Assembly: GCF_009914755.1 (NCBI RefSeq) | Contig: NC_060928.1 | Origin: the human T2T-CHM13v2.0 reference genome, Homo sapiens | Strand: one strand, 5' to 3' | Length of the DNA stretch: 64,000 nucleotides | Shown: piece by piece, positions 14,533 to 28,475 of the stretch | How positions within the stretch are numbered: position 1 is the stretch's first letter | Layout of the letters: each line of letters opens with the position of its first letter | Made by a program: the position numbers and the translations under genes | Notes under the pieces: generated by a model | Told to the model about the DNA's origin: nothing | Seen by the model: only the letters and a program-made list of their open reading frames with translations | The model's database searches: none

Positions 14533-16290
14533 TTGTTTTTAAAATCCTCCTCTTCCCACTAGAATGTAAGCTTCAGAAGAACAGGCTATTCATTCTGCCC
14601 ACTGTGTGCACCCAGCCTGGAACGGTGCCCAGAGTGGGTTAGTGTGCGGTGTGCACGTACTGACCTGGTGGTGATGAAGGGCGCAGGAAGGACACGCGAC
14701 CTGATCTTTATCCTAAGGAGCCCACACTGGAACAGGATTAGATTGAAGGTAGATTAGAGGGAAGCATGGAGGAGGAGCGGCTGGCCTGGTGGGCTCAGGA
14801 GGGCCCCCTGGAGGAGGTGAGCCAGCAGTTGCTGTCACATTCAGAGACCCTGAGGATGTCTGACTGCCCTGCGAATTGGGCTCTGCAGAGGGCAGGGGTC
14901 TGTCGATTTGCTGTAGCCCCAGGAACTACAGGCACCCAATCCATGGAGGCCTTTGTCCAACAAGTATTCATTGGACGCTTGTCATACATGTGGTTCTGAA
15001 GACCCGGAGGAGAACCGCAGAGCCATGGCCCGGCCCTCATCTCCATTGAGAGCTGGTCCCTGGTACAGAGGCAGGCTCCTGGGGCGGCAGAGATGGGTGG
15101 GGGGCAGGGCGTTGGGAGTTGAAGGCACCACTGCGGGTTGGTCTGGGAACAGCCCCTGGATGAGGAGAAGCAGGGAGGACAGTGACAGGAACGATTCTGG
15201 AGTGGAGGGAACCGCTTGTGCAGAGGCTCTGAGCAGGAGGCCCGCTGTCCCGCTTTCCTGGAGCAGCCTCAGGGGGTTCTGGAAGGCCTGGCCGGACCCG
15301 TTGCACAGAGAATTCCAGCCAGGGAGGGCCGGGCGCTTGTGAGCCGACCTGCTCCAGAGCAGCTGTCGGTGCTGTCCGTGGGTCCCGCTGCGACCTGGCA
15401 AGGGCCCACTGGGGATGAGTGGAGGACTGGAAGTGTCCAAATCCCACTCCGCTGTTGTGTTTTGGTTTGGGTGTGTGTGTGTTTAAGAAGAAACAGCTGC
15501 AAGGCCAAGAGAGAATGGATGTTTGGAAAAAGTTCTGATGCTTATAGACTCAGGGCTGGCCACGGTGAGCCCACATACCGCGGGGCTGAGCTGCCTGGTC
15601 CGGGATCAGAAGCAGAACCCGGCCACCGCAGTGCCAGGCCTGCCTCCTCAGGCCCCAGACTTAGGCCCGCACAAACTCCTCCTTCCTTCGTCCTCTCTGA
15701 CGAGCTCACAGCCCTCCCGGCAGAGGGGCCTCAGACCCAGCACGCTCTGTGGGTGTCCCACGCGCTGCTGGGAGCCCAGCCCCTGGGCAGGCAGGGTCCC
15801 CGGACATAGCCATAGCATCCGGCCTGGGGATTTCTGCCCCCTGAGATCCCTCTGAGAGTGGAGCTGGCCCTGTGTGCCCTGGGGTTCCCCAGGCTGGACC
15901 CTCCTGCCTCACTCTGGTGGCTGCACGGCAGCGGCCGTCACCATCTACTGAACCCCAATATGAGCTGGGTCCGGCATCACAGTGAGTCTTCACAGGAGCC
16001 CTGCCATGTAGGCGATGCTGTACCTAGTTTACAGACGAGAAAACTGAGGCTCCGAAAGTCTGTGTCACTTGCTGGGGTTCTGGAGTCATGGCCGGCCAGG
16101 AACTCTGACACCAATACACGAGATATTTCCCTCCTAGATATCCAGGTCAGGCCCAGGAAAGGGATAAGAGCCGGTGGGTTTAGGGAAAAGGTGCAGGCCT
16201 GGAAAACCCAGAACAGGAGTCCGGCTAGATTCCTGCATCAGTGCTGAGAGCTCAGGGATGCTGAGCTCCCAAGCACAGAGCCCAGGGAAG

Positions 16291-16417
16291 CTCACTGACC
16301 TTCCCCATCCCTCGCTGAAGGGGGCCGGCTTCTTCCCGTGCCCCTGTAACCGCCACCGGCCTCTGCGTCCCCCCTGCACACCCACAGCAGGGCGGCAAAC
16401 CCAGAGCATGCCACACA
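16291..16417 (+). repeat. 127-bp dispersed direct repeat, copy 1 (copy 2 at 17747-17873)
   Basis: ctgaagggggccggcttcttcccgtgcccc...gcagggcggcaaacccagagca is repeated 1456 bp downstream. Confidence 0.9.
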
Positions 16418-17746
16418 TATTTGGGTCGTCTGTCCACCCTTGCTGTGCCGTGTGTCATCATGAGACTTGGAAAGCAGCTTCATGTCCAGTAGTGGGGAGG
16501 GGCTGAGTGCTGGTGATCACTGGTTTCATGGGATATTAGGTCACCATTTAAAAAGAGGCGAATGAGGACGACGCAGTGCCACGGGAAATACTTACAGCCG
16601 AGGTCAATGGAGGAAGTGAGAGGAAAAGGCACATGAGTGACAGGAGCATAATTATATTCAGAAAATCACTCCAAGAACAAGTCTGGAAAGAAACGCCCCA
16701 GAATGACGGCATTTGTTGTTTGGGGGTGAGCAGGTGGGACTCTGGGAGATTCTTTTCCTTGATTTTAACATTTTACATGAAGTATTTATTTTGTTTATGA
16801 TTTTATAAAGAAACCTTCACGGAGAGAAATGACCTCAGCTAGAAGGCTAAAATCAAAGGACTTTGCGTTCCAATGCCTTCACTAAGCAGGTGGAAAGAAC
16901 TGAGGCCCAGAGGGATATGGTCACCCAAGGCTCCACAGCAGAGAGAAGGATCCAGGCCCCTTAATGCATGGTGGTGCTGTTCCCACCACAAAGGCTGGGC
17001 CAGCAGCTGGGGGTCCCAGGGAGGACACAGCCTCACTTCCAGGGGCCTGGCCAGGCAGGGATGGAGATGGAGTCGGGGGGAACTAGGAAAAGCCTCCCAG
17101 GGCAGCCCGGCCGTGGAGGGATGAGCGCCCGAACACGATTTGCCTTGAGTTGGAATCGCTCTTCCACGCCCTGCCCCAGGAGCTTCAGGGGTTCAAGGAT
17201 CCATCTTGCAATCTTTAGGTGGACAGAACACAAATGGGCCGAGTCCCTTTTTGCAGAGGTGGCGTCAGCCTGGGCAGGGAAGAGGCATGGGCGGTGGAAC
17301 CAAATCACCCTGATTTCAAACAGAGGGAGTTGGGCAGGCATTTCACAAAGGAAAGCGTCCCACAGCCAATTAACTTGGGAAGATGCTCGGCTCTGTCAGC
17401 CATCAGGGCATGCAAATTAAAACCCCTCGAGATCCTCCTGCGCGCCCACCGGAAAGGATGAAGTGAAGCGGATGGAACATACCAAGTGCCGGTGAGATCC
17501 TGGGGCGAGGGAGCTTGGGGAGGGTGCAGCTGCTGGGAGTGGGAACTGGAATGAGTGCTTTGGAGGACTGTTTGGCAGGATCCACCCAACATTCACAGGT
17601 GTCCTGGGCAGGTGGACACCCTGCGGATGTCTTGTTGGGTGCAAGAAGTTCCGCCTGTTGAGGGCTTCGCTCAGCGCGGCGTCTACCCCTGGCTGAAGGA
17701 CACACGGCCCTTTTTGTGCGTCTTTTCCCTTCTGAGGAGCCCCTGC

Positions 17747-17873
17747 CTCGCTGAGCTTCCCCGTCCGTCCCTGAAGGGGGCTGGCTTCTTCCTGTGCCCC
17801 TTTAACGGCCATCGGCCTCTGCGTCCACCCTGCACACCCACGGCAGGGCGGCAAACCCAGAGCACGCCGCACA
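17747..17873 (+). repeat. 127-bp dispersed direct repeat, copy 2
   Basis: Colinear with 16291-16417; both ORF translations share LKGAGFF.CP.N.HRPLRPPCTPTAGRQTQS. Confidence 0.9.
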
Positions 17874-19261
17874 GCCCTGCTTGCGCACAGCCCTGCTCCC
17901 GCGCGCCCGTGGTCGGCGCCGCTCGGGCTGGCTGGCGTGTTTGGGATCACTGTTTAGAGGACAGTCCTGACACGTCCCGCTGTGACACGCGTGCTACCTC
18001 GCCGGCCGGCCCTGGACTTTGCTCTGGCGTGTGGCCGAGCACACTTGTCGTCAGAACCCTCTCGTTGGCAAGAGGCACTGGATGCAGGGCTGGGGCTCAG
18101 GTCCTTGCTGTATGATGGGAATCACGTTCCTGGCTCTTTCTGGGCCTCAGTTTCCCCATATACAGAACCGTGGGAGAGCCAGAAGATTTCCAAAGGCCCT
18201 CTTAGGTGCCACCTCTCCTGGCACACTGCCTCGGGTTCCCCTGCCTCCTGAGAGCCAGGCAGCGGGAGGTGAGGAGCCGCGGTAACCTGCGCCTCCGGAG
18301 GCTGGCCCTCTGCTGGGGAGTTCAAACACGGTGTACCATGTAGCACCCCCAATTACTCACTTGTTCAGAGCCCAGCACATAGCAAACACTTAGTAGGTAT
18401 TTGCTGGATAAATGGCTCATTGCGAAAGGGGCTGGATGGAGGTGGGAAAGCCGCTGGGTGTGTCCAGGCAATGAGCTGGGGTGTATGTGGGGATGCTCTG
18501 GGTGTATGTGGGGGTGGAACCAGAGGGGATGGGAGCACTGGATGGAGATGATGGGAAGGGCTGGGTGGTTGGGAGGGGGACTGGGTAGATGTGGGGGAGG
18601 GTCAGGAGGCATGAAGGGTGAACACTGGGTTAAAATGGGGGAAGCGTCTGGGAGAAGTTGGGGAGGGGTCTCGGGAGGGTGAGGTAGGTGGGGAGGGGCT
18701 GGAAGGCTGGAGCTGATGGACGGCGGCCACCACAGCCCTCTTGTGCCTCTGAAGCTCATTATCTTAGAGTTTCAAGGTCACGTCAGGCAAGTGTGGAGCC
18801 CAGGTGGGGGCTGGAGTTTGTGGAAACCAGCCTGGTCTTGGAGCACATCAGGGAAAGGAAATCACTGCCCGGCGGCCGGCCCGGGGGCGCTTCTCCAGCC
18901 TGGCTTCAGGAAGACCGTGAGCAAACACAGACCAGACGGGGCTGAGGCCAGCAGCTGGGCAGGGAGCCACGCTGGCCTCATGCTGTCCCCACAAAGGGCT
19001 CCTGTCCCCTGGGCTGGGGATGGTGTCACAGCTTCCTGAGCAGTGTCGTCTCGGCTCCCGGAACTCCTGGTAGGTGGGCCAGGCCTGGGGTGGGATGCCT
19101 GGGCTGGGGGTAGGGGAGCAGCATCCCCAGAGCTGTTATCCTCTTCATCATTGTGGCTGCAGAGAGGGGAACTGAGGCAGGGCCTAAAACCGAGGTCACT
19201 ACAGAGATGCCACCAGAACCGCAAGCCTCTGCCTTTCTGCCCCGTGCACTTTCTGTGATGG

Positions 19262-19307
19262 TTAGGGTTAGGGTTAGGGTTAGGGTTCATGTTAGGGTTA
19301 GGGTAGG
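19262..19307 (+). repeat. Short interstitial telomeric sequence (TTAGGG)4 TTCATG (TTAGGG)2 TAGG
   Basis: Read directly from the sequence. Confidence 0.92.
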
Positions 19308-20405
19308 CTTACCTCACTGCAGAGCCAGAGAACACACCCCCGTAGGGGAGCTGAGGGAGGTCTGAGCCTCCAGCTGCTGCCTGTTTCTCCATGGGTCCTG
19401 GTGAGGGTGGACCACCCCAAGCCTACCTTGAATCTGTTCCTTGACATGCTCCTTAGATTGAGTCTTTAAAACCCTGCCTGTCCCAAGTACTCAGAATCAG
19501 AAAGAATCACCCAACTGTGTTCTGTGGCACCAGGTATCAATTCCCTGTGTACCTCCATGGACTCAGCGCCATCTCAGAAGTGAGGGCGGAGGGAAGGAAC
19601 CTTCTAGAAGGAGGAGTTTGCTGCAGAACATCCAGAGCCCACAGCACTGAGTCGTCTCCATGCCCCTTGCCTGTGGTTCTCTGTAGCACATGGCAGGGGG
19701 GTGGGTGGTGCAGCACCTCCTTCTGATGCGTTGAGTGTCAGCACTGCAAGGTCCCCTACCCCATGCCCAGTGCCCAGTGCCCAGTCCCGTGGGAGCTCCT
19801 CATTTGGGGCAGAGACCAGGGCAGAGGCAGCGAGGGCTCCTCTCCTCCCTCACTCAGGGGCTACAGGCTGGTCACTTGAGCTCTCTGGAAATCAGTCTCC
19901 TCATCTGGAAAACGGGGCTCATCCTGACCTTGTGATGGGCATGAGGTGATGGTATCAGATAATGTGCGCGAACGACCCTGTAAATCATAAATTGGTTGCA
20001 GTTTCTCTCCAGCGACACCCTAGTACACTTTGGAGCCTGGTGAACTTGAGTTTGCATGCCAGCTCCTGACCTCCTATGGCCCACGTCCTCACTGGAGGAT
20101 GGGCTCTGGAGGCTGGAGGGCTGGTGGAAGAGGAAGTGAGATGGCAGTTCGCTGGCTTCTGCATCAGGCCCCAACTGTACCCTGGGCCTCCCAGGCTTGC
20201 ACGTGCCTCCTCACAGCTTCCCTTGAACATCCTGTATCATCCAGCAGCCCTAAACCGTGTGATTTTTTCCTCTGGGAGGTGACAGCCTGGACCAGAAGTT
20301 GAAACCTGGCCCCAGGGTATGGTGTGCCCCACTGTCAGAGGGACCTCAGATGAGCCACTAAGCCTCTCTCTGCCTCAGTTTCCTTATCTAAAATGGGTGG
20401 AATCA

Positions 20406-20750
20406 GCTGGGCGCCGTGGCTCATGCCTGTAATCCCAGCACTTTGGGAGGGCGAGGCGGGTGGATCATTTGAGGTCAGGAGTTCAAGACCAGCCTGGCCA
20501 ACATGGTGAAACCCCATCTCTACTAAAAAAATACAAAAATTGGCTGGGTATGGTGGCGGGTGCCTATAATCCCAGCTACTCGGGAGGCTGAGGCAGGAGA
20601 AATCACTTGAGCCTGGGAGGCAGAGGTTGTGGTGAGCTGAGCTCGTGCCACTGTACTCCAGCCTGGGTGACAGAGCGAGACCCTGTCTGTAAAATAAAAT
20701 AAATAAAATAAAATAAAATAAAATAAAATAAAATAAAATAAAATAAAATA
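20406..20750 (+). mobile_element. AluS with (AAAAT)n tail, inserted in a MIR
   Basis: TSD aaat(g/a)ggtggaatca. MIR motif gcctcagtttccttatctaaaat lies upstream. Confidence 0.9.
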
Positions 20751-21086
20751 GGTGGAATCATCTGGTCCCTGGCTGGGCTCACAAAAATCCCACAGGGAAT
20801 GAATGATTATCAGTCTACTGGGGCTGCCATAGTGGGGTTCCACAGACTGGGGGCTGGAACAACAGACATTTATTTTCTCACAGCTCAGGGGGCTGAGAGT
20901 CTGAGACCAAGGTGTCGACAGGATTGGTTTCTCCTGAGGCCTCTCTCCTCGGCCTGCAGATGCCACCTTCCCTCCGTGTCCTCACCTGGTCATCCCTCTG
21001 TGACTGTCTGTGTCCTCATCTCTTATAAGGATACCAGTCAGACTGGATTAGAGCCCACTCTGATGACCTCACTTTACCTTAATCAC

Positions 21087-21380
<294 letters not shown>

Positions 21381-21407
21381 TAATCACCTCTTAAAAAGCC
21401 CTGTCTT

Positions 21408-21673
<266 letters not shown>

Positions 21674-24600
21674 TCAACATACAAATTGTAGGGGGATGCA
21701 ACTGAACCTGTAACACCTTGTGTGGTCATCACTCCAGGGAAGGATGTAAAGAGCTAGGACTCCCACAGCATTGTGTTTGCAAAGGAAGACCCGGGACCTT
21801 CAAGGTCTTTGTTGCTGACCTCCTCTCCCTCAGGAAAGGCAGAGGGTCATCTCCTCCCTGGAGTGGCTTCTCCCATGCTGACCTCACTTCTGGGAGGGGC
21901 CAGGAGGAACCTGCCTGCGTTTCTGAAGCCCAGCTCTAGCACATTTCACCCAGAGGCCAGGATCCCATGCAGAATGCCAGAGGCTGAGGGCAGCGGGCCG
22001 ACCTCCCTTGGCAGTTTCAGAGTCTTTCTTCAGTGCTCTGTTATTTTATACAGGATTCCTATATGCGAAAAGAAATGCATACCTTACAAAATTCCTCAGT
22101 TACTGTAATTGGCAAGTAAGGATCTCTGGAAAGAGCATTTGCTCATTTAATAGGACTGGAAGGGAGCCGCAGCTTTTTAAATTTTTTTTCCTGGTGATGG
22201 TTTTTAAAGAATTTAAAATGCAATGATATTGCAAGGAAGAGTGGACTTTTCCCTGGTTGGCAGACTCCATCTAGCCATGGCATACTGCAGCAAGATTTCT
22301 GCGGCTGCCCACACGTCCTGCCTGGTGTAGAGGTGGTTCCGTCCAAGCTCCTCGGCTCACCACTGACCTCAGCTGAGCCCCTCACGCGCGGGTCCTACGA
22401 GAGGCACAGCAAGGAGACACCCGTCCCTGGTCAGGGGAACAGAGGGGAGCCGGCCCCTCATGCACAGCCCATAGTTGGGGGACAGCAGAGCCCATGTCTC
22501 CTGTGGGGAGGGCAGAGACCCACACTGGTTGGAGTGGCGAGGCCATGCCTGGAAGTCCGGCACTGGCGTACTGGCCAGCATGGCCCCCTTCCTGCTTCAC
22601 CATCTAGACCTGCCCAATTCATTAACTCACTTCTTCATTCACTCACTTCACTTGTTCATCATTCCCCCATTCCACTCCAGGGCTTGCTGAGTGCTTTCCC
22701 AGTGTTTGTGTGCGGCCCTGTGCTGGGAGCTGGAGACAGGGACCCTCCAGACCTGGGTCCTGGGCTCCACGAGCTTCCAGGCCGCTGAGAGGAGTGGCCA
22801 GGCCCAGTCAGTGCTGTCCTGAGGGCTGGGGCTGCTGCAGCCAATGGTGACAGAGGCCCACCAAGTGATTCCTTCTGGAGAACAGGCCATGGCTGGGTCG
22901 GAAGGTGACAGGCTCCTGTGACCCTGACGCCAGGGGAAACTCGAGTCTTGCCGCCTATACTATGTTCACATCCACACAGAGGCTGCTGGTCAGGGACGTG
23001 GGGAAGGGTGGGGAGGGCACAGAGGGGGAGCGCCTCCCAGCCGTCCTGGGTTGGGAAGGGCTAGATGGCCAGGTGTGTAGGGGTGGTGCTCACACAGATA
23101 CAAAGGCCAGGCTCCGCAGGGGCCAGGCCTTCTGTGCAGGACTGGGATGCGCAGACAAGGGTCCGCCCAGAGCTCACACTGCGGCTACCCTAGATCCTGA
23201 GAAAGCCCCACACTGAGGAGGGAGAACCGGAAGCCGAGAGCAGAGCCGGCCTGGGCACACACGGGCAAGGACACAGAGAACACAGGGCGGGACTGTTGTC
23301 CTCACCTCAGCAGCTTCACCAGCGCACGGATGGCCCCTCCCCTGCCCCCAGGGACACTGACCACCCCCCTTTCCTCCTCAGAATTCAGGCCCAGTGAATA
23401 GGCAGAGGTCCTGAGACTGTGGCCATCAGAAATGTCTAAGGGTACAAGAAGGAGTACAGTTTCCTGGGCCCAGCTCCTAGGGTCCAGTCTAGCCACAGCC
23501 CCTCTGTGTGCTCAGGACTGTTAGAGACTTTCACATATATTATCTCAGCCTATGCTTAGGACTCTGGAAGGCAGGTAGTTCTACAACCTTTACATAGGAG
23601 GAAACCAATTTGGAAAGGTTAAGAAACATTCCCAATGTGCCACTTCACAGCAAATGACAAAGTTAAGATTTGAACCTGGGCCTAACTCCCAAGCCTGTCT
23701 GCTTTATACGCTCCTGTGCCATGTCCCGAAGGCTGGCAGAAAAGACATCGACCAGGGTCTTTAAGGATGATGACGTAGGAAAATCTTCCTAAAAAATTAT
23801 TTTGTTTTTAGAAGCCTTGCTCTGAAGCAAAGAAAAAAACAATTCAAGAGATGTCAAGAATTTTTGGCAAACAAATAATGCATCGAAGAACAAACACCCA
23901 GGGAGGACGCGTGGGCAGCTGTTCTTGGGTTGTTTTCATTCCCCAAGTGCTCGGCCCTGTAAGACTAGATGTGTATTTTCTCTTGCAAAGCAAACAGTTC
24001 AGCACAATGTGGGCCTCCTTGCTTGAAAGAATTCAGATGGAGCTTGTGAACCACATAAAAGGTTGAGCAAACCTTGTTCCAAACTCAGTGCAGTGGCTGG
24101 GCACAGAGCCGCCCGGGACTGAGCAAACCTCCTCGTCTATCTCCTAGGCAAGGGTGTACATGGAGGGGGTGAATGGAGGAAGGTCCTTCCACAAGTCACT
24201 GCACATTTTCCCTTCACAACACAACACGGGGCTCCCACTGACCACTGCAGAGCTGGGGACATCCTCCTCCAAGCTTCACAAAGCAAACCAAGTCCCTTCC
24301 TGGGCGGCTGCTGGACAGCCTGGTGGGATGGAAATGAGCTGAGGTCAGTCCCTGCACTTGAATGGGTGCAGGTGGGTGGGGCCTTCCTGGAAGCCACAGG
24401 AACACCGGTTTCTGGGTTCTCATGCAGAGTGGCCCTGACTTCCCAGATTTAGGATCAAAGCCCAGAGCCCAAGGGAAACCCTCTGATGTAAGCTGCATGA
24501 CAGCAAGTGGCCCCAGAGGGGAATGCAAAGGCGAGAGTGCCGGGGACCACAGCACAGCACATGCGGCACAGGCCCGCCCAGGCCAGAGACTGAGCGCATC

Positions 24601-26501
24601 TTCCCCTCCTCACATGGAGAGTAGAGGCTCCGGCAGGGCCACAGCCCCCCAGCTGGGTTCTTCTGCACGTGCCTGTGGGGCCAAGCAGTCCCCACCGTGG
24701 CCAATGCTGGGGCTCCGTGCAAGAAGTCTGTCGCACCCTGCCCAGCTGCCTCGAGCAATTAGGAGGTGGCTCCCACACCAGGAAGGCCACCTCCAAGGTT
24801 CCTAGGTCTGGTCCAGAGAGACAGGATGCTCACAGGCAGGCAGCAAGTCCAAACAGAAGCCTGGGCTCCACTCGAGCCATGGCCCCAGGGCTCAGGAGAG
24901 CCACCCAGGGTGGACGGAGTCGCATCTGTGCATGCCCACCTTGCACTGCAGAGGGACCCAAAAGTGCTCTGCCCTGGTTTTTATACCCTGGGCACCACTG
25001 GGCTCACCGAGCAGACGTGTTGCAGAGTATCCTATCTGGGAGGACCAAGGCCACACCCTGGGCTGTTCGGGTCATTTCCTCCTTTTTCCAGGGTGTTGCA
25101 TTCGGTCAGTTCTGCAGGAGAACTGCAAGCCAGAGAGGGAAGAGTTGTCGTCCATCCAGGGCCCTGTCCTCCTGCAGTCACGGCCTGTAGTTGTGCTTCC
25201 ACTGTGGTCCGTGATTCCCATGGCATGCCCCACTCCATAGGGTGGCTTTGGTCTCATCGTGGTGGCACCATGGCTGAGGCCACCTGAAGCTCCTAAGTGT
25301 CCAGGGCAATGTCCCCCGGAAGTGAGAGGCCACTTCTGTCCCAACGTCCCCAGCCAGTCTTTAAGACTCAACAGGACCCTTGGACTTTGCCTCATCACTG
25401 AGCCAGTCCTTGGGGCCAAGGGAATGGAAGGTGCTAGGGCACTTCAGCTAAGGCGAACCAGTGCCAGTGCTGGGGCAGGGCAGCTTCCCAAGGCTTGGGG
25501 CTGTCCACATCTGGGGAGAAATCTGGACAGAACTGGGGTTCTGTTAGTGAGGAGGAAGGGTTGGAAGTTGGACAGGAAGCCCACAGGGTCCACCACACAA
25601 GGAGAGAAGCCAAGACCCCCTGACTTCCAGGGGACCCATGGCTGGGGCATGCTTCAGATGGGGACACGGCCCCATGGGACCCATGAAAAGCCTGTGAAGT
25701 GTCTTAGTAAAAGGCCCACATGAACAAAGTCAAGGAGGAAGGCAGTTTCTGGTGACGAGGAGGTGGTCCTATGGCACATGCTGTCCCCACACAGTGCTAC
25801 GTGTAGCTAGGTGTTCACTAAACGCTGGTCAGATGGACACTCCCTGCTGGCCAGCAGCCCAGGGGCTGGAACCACCTAAAACCTGGAGGGTGGGGTGGAT
25901 ACACAATGATGGGGGGAACGTGATTCACGCTTGGGCTGAGCCGTCAGAAGTGCATCCAAACCAAGTTTCCAAGAGGCTGCTCCATGTCAACTACACATCC
26001 TAAAATGAAAGAGTTCCCACGCCTCCGCCACCATCAAGATCCTTAGCAGTGACAGCCACAAAGACCTCAACCCCAAGATATTTCTGGGCTTTCACAGATG
26101 ATGGGGTCTGGCTGATTTTTATCTTCTTCATCCGCCTGTGGTTTTGAGATGTCTCTGCAGGCATGCATCCCAGCTGGCCCCGTGTAGCCGCAGGAAGCTC
26201 CCTCTGTGTTTAAGCTCACAGTGAGAAACTTCTCTCATTCTGCAGGCATCTCCCTTGGTGAGTCACAGAGATTTCTGGCCACGGGCACAACCATGGGCAC
26301 ACACTTGTGTCCACTGCCAAGCAAGACTGTCTTTCCAGTCCACCGTCCACATGGCATCAAACTAATACGAAGGCTGAAGGCATTCCCATAATGGCAGACA
26401 CCAAGGAATGGTTCCCCAGCATGGTGTGAAAGATTGATCCCGCAGGGCCAGCAGATGTCATTAGACAGGAAAGTTAAATGACGGGTAAAAGTTTTGGAAG
26501 G

Positions 26502-26874
26502 TGTATTAGTCCGTTCTCACGCTACTATAAAGAACTGCCCAAGACTGGGTAGTTTATAAAGGAAAGAGGTTTAATTGACTCACAGTTTAGCATGGCTGGG
26601 GAGGCCTCAGGAAACTTACAGTCATGGCGGAAGGGGAAGGAAACACGTCCGTTTTCACATGACGGCAGGAAGGAGAAGTGCCAATTAAAAGGAGGAATGC
26701 CCCTTATAAAACCATCAGATCTCATGAGAACTCACTCACCATCACAAGAACAGCATGGAGGTAACTACCCCGTGATTCAATTACCTCCCACCAGGTCCCT
26801 TCCATGACTCGTGGGGATTATGGGAACTACAGTTCAAGATGAGATTTGGGTGGGGACACAGCCAAACTATATCA
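26502..26874 (-). mobile_element. THE1/MST-type MaLR solo LTR (THE1D-like)
   Basis: tgtattagtccgttctcac...ggggacacagccaaactatatca with perfect 5-bp TSD gaagg. Confidence 0.9.
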
Positions 26875-26889
26875 GAAGGGTAAGGGTAA

Positions 26890-27900
26890 ACCATCACTAT
26901 TTGCCAATGATAGAGAAGGAAAACCAAAGAGAATCAATGAAAAACTGTCATAATTAAAATAAGGTTTCAATAAGGTGACCAAAATAAACATACAAAAATC
27001 ACACAGCTTTTTATTACAAACAGCTTGAAGAAATAGTCTTAGATGGGAAGACCACTTACCATGAAGACAAAGATTCTCCTGATGTGAATCTAAAAGTTAA
27101 ACAAAACCTCCAGACAAACTCCAGAGAGCATTCTTTAATATGGGGGTGGGAGAATGCCCAGACTTGACAAATAACACCAAAGTTCACATACATAAGACAT
27201 TTTTGGAAAAGATGAGAAACGAGGCTTTATTTGCTCCAACAGATATTAAAAGTATGAGAACCACAACCATGAAAACAACAGAAGCTGATGTGAGAAACAA
27301 CACTAAAATTAAACAGTGCAGACACAGGTCCAGCGACAATGATTTTAGCACTCATACAGGTGGCATTTCGGTCAGTGCATGATGATTCAGTGGGCGAAGC
27401 ATTTCAGATCCTTGTCTCATATCACACCTCGAAATACATTCCTGGTCAATTAAACACTGAAACGTACTCAGAGAAAAAGAGATGAAAGTGTAAATAATCT
27501 TTGTGTGAGAAAGGACTTTCCAAGCATGACCTCAAAGGCTAGAGCATAAGAGTCTTCGTTTTAAAATGTGCAGGCATTTCTGATTTAAAAATGTAAACTA
27601 TAGCAGGTTACATCAAAAAGGAAAAAAATACAGTTAAATGGCAAATGATGCATGAGGAATAATGATTTACAGTGAATATGTTACAGGTTTGCTGTGCTTA
27701 ATATGTACAAATATCTTACAAGCCAACAAAATATTTTCAAAACTAAATGCCTTCTTAGATAGAGAACAAGAATGGGCAGTTATCACAGCAGAACATATAT
27801 GAACAGACTTCAAGCACGGGGGAAGGTATGTTCAGCCACAGTAGGGGCAATAAGAAGGAAATCTATACAGAAGACACCAATTTTATGTTCTCATCAGGTC
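26890..27900 (+). mobile_element. Highly decayed L1 (L1M-type) fragments
   Basis: A-rich with L1 ORF2/3' remnants such as aaataaacatacaaaaatca and ggactttccaagcatgac. Confidence 0.5.
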
Positions 27901-28475
27901 GGCAACAGGCAGAGAACAAACAGGCCACTGCTGGCAAGACTCCTACATTCTAGAGGGAATGAGGGCTTCCTGTTGAACATGCTGGGAAGAGGAGACTTAC
28001 CAAGTGCTGTCTGCAGGCCGGGCTTTGTTGCTTTCATGCATTAACCCGTTTTAACGCCAACAACAGCAGGATGAGGAAGATTCTCTTATTCATTTCATCA
28101 GTGAGGGAAGTCCCACATCCAATAGACAGTGTAGCTGGTGTCCATCCAGGAGCCTGCCCTAGACTCTGCTCCCTCATCCCCACTTGTGGCTCTACCTGCC
28201 CCACTGCCTCCCACACTGCTGGTATAAGAAATCTCCCCTGTGCAGAGCATGTCTCAGCAAGCCACTGGGACCAACTCACGCACAGTGATGCATGTGCACG
28301 GATGGCTGCCACGGAGCAGAAGCCTTGATCTCTCCATCTCTCAGGAGGAAGTTTGCTAAACTTGTACATTCATGTTACTTGACTGGGAAAATGGCTGTGC
28401 CATCACTTTAAGTGGAAAAAGATGTCCACAGAGTATGACCCATTTCTGAAAGGAAAACCACACACACGTACACAG

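Noticed and set aside
18420-18710. G-rich tract with G-quadruplex potential
   Set aside because: Low-complexity purine-rich sequence is common throughout this GC-rich window; nothing specific supports a function.
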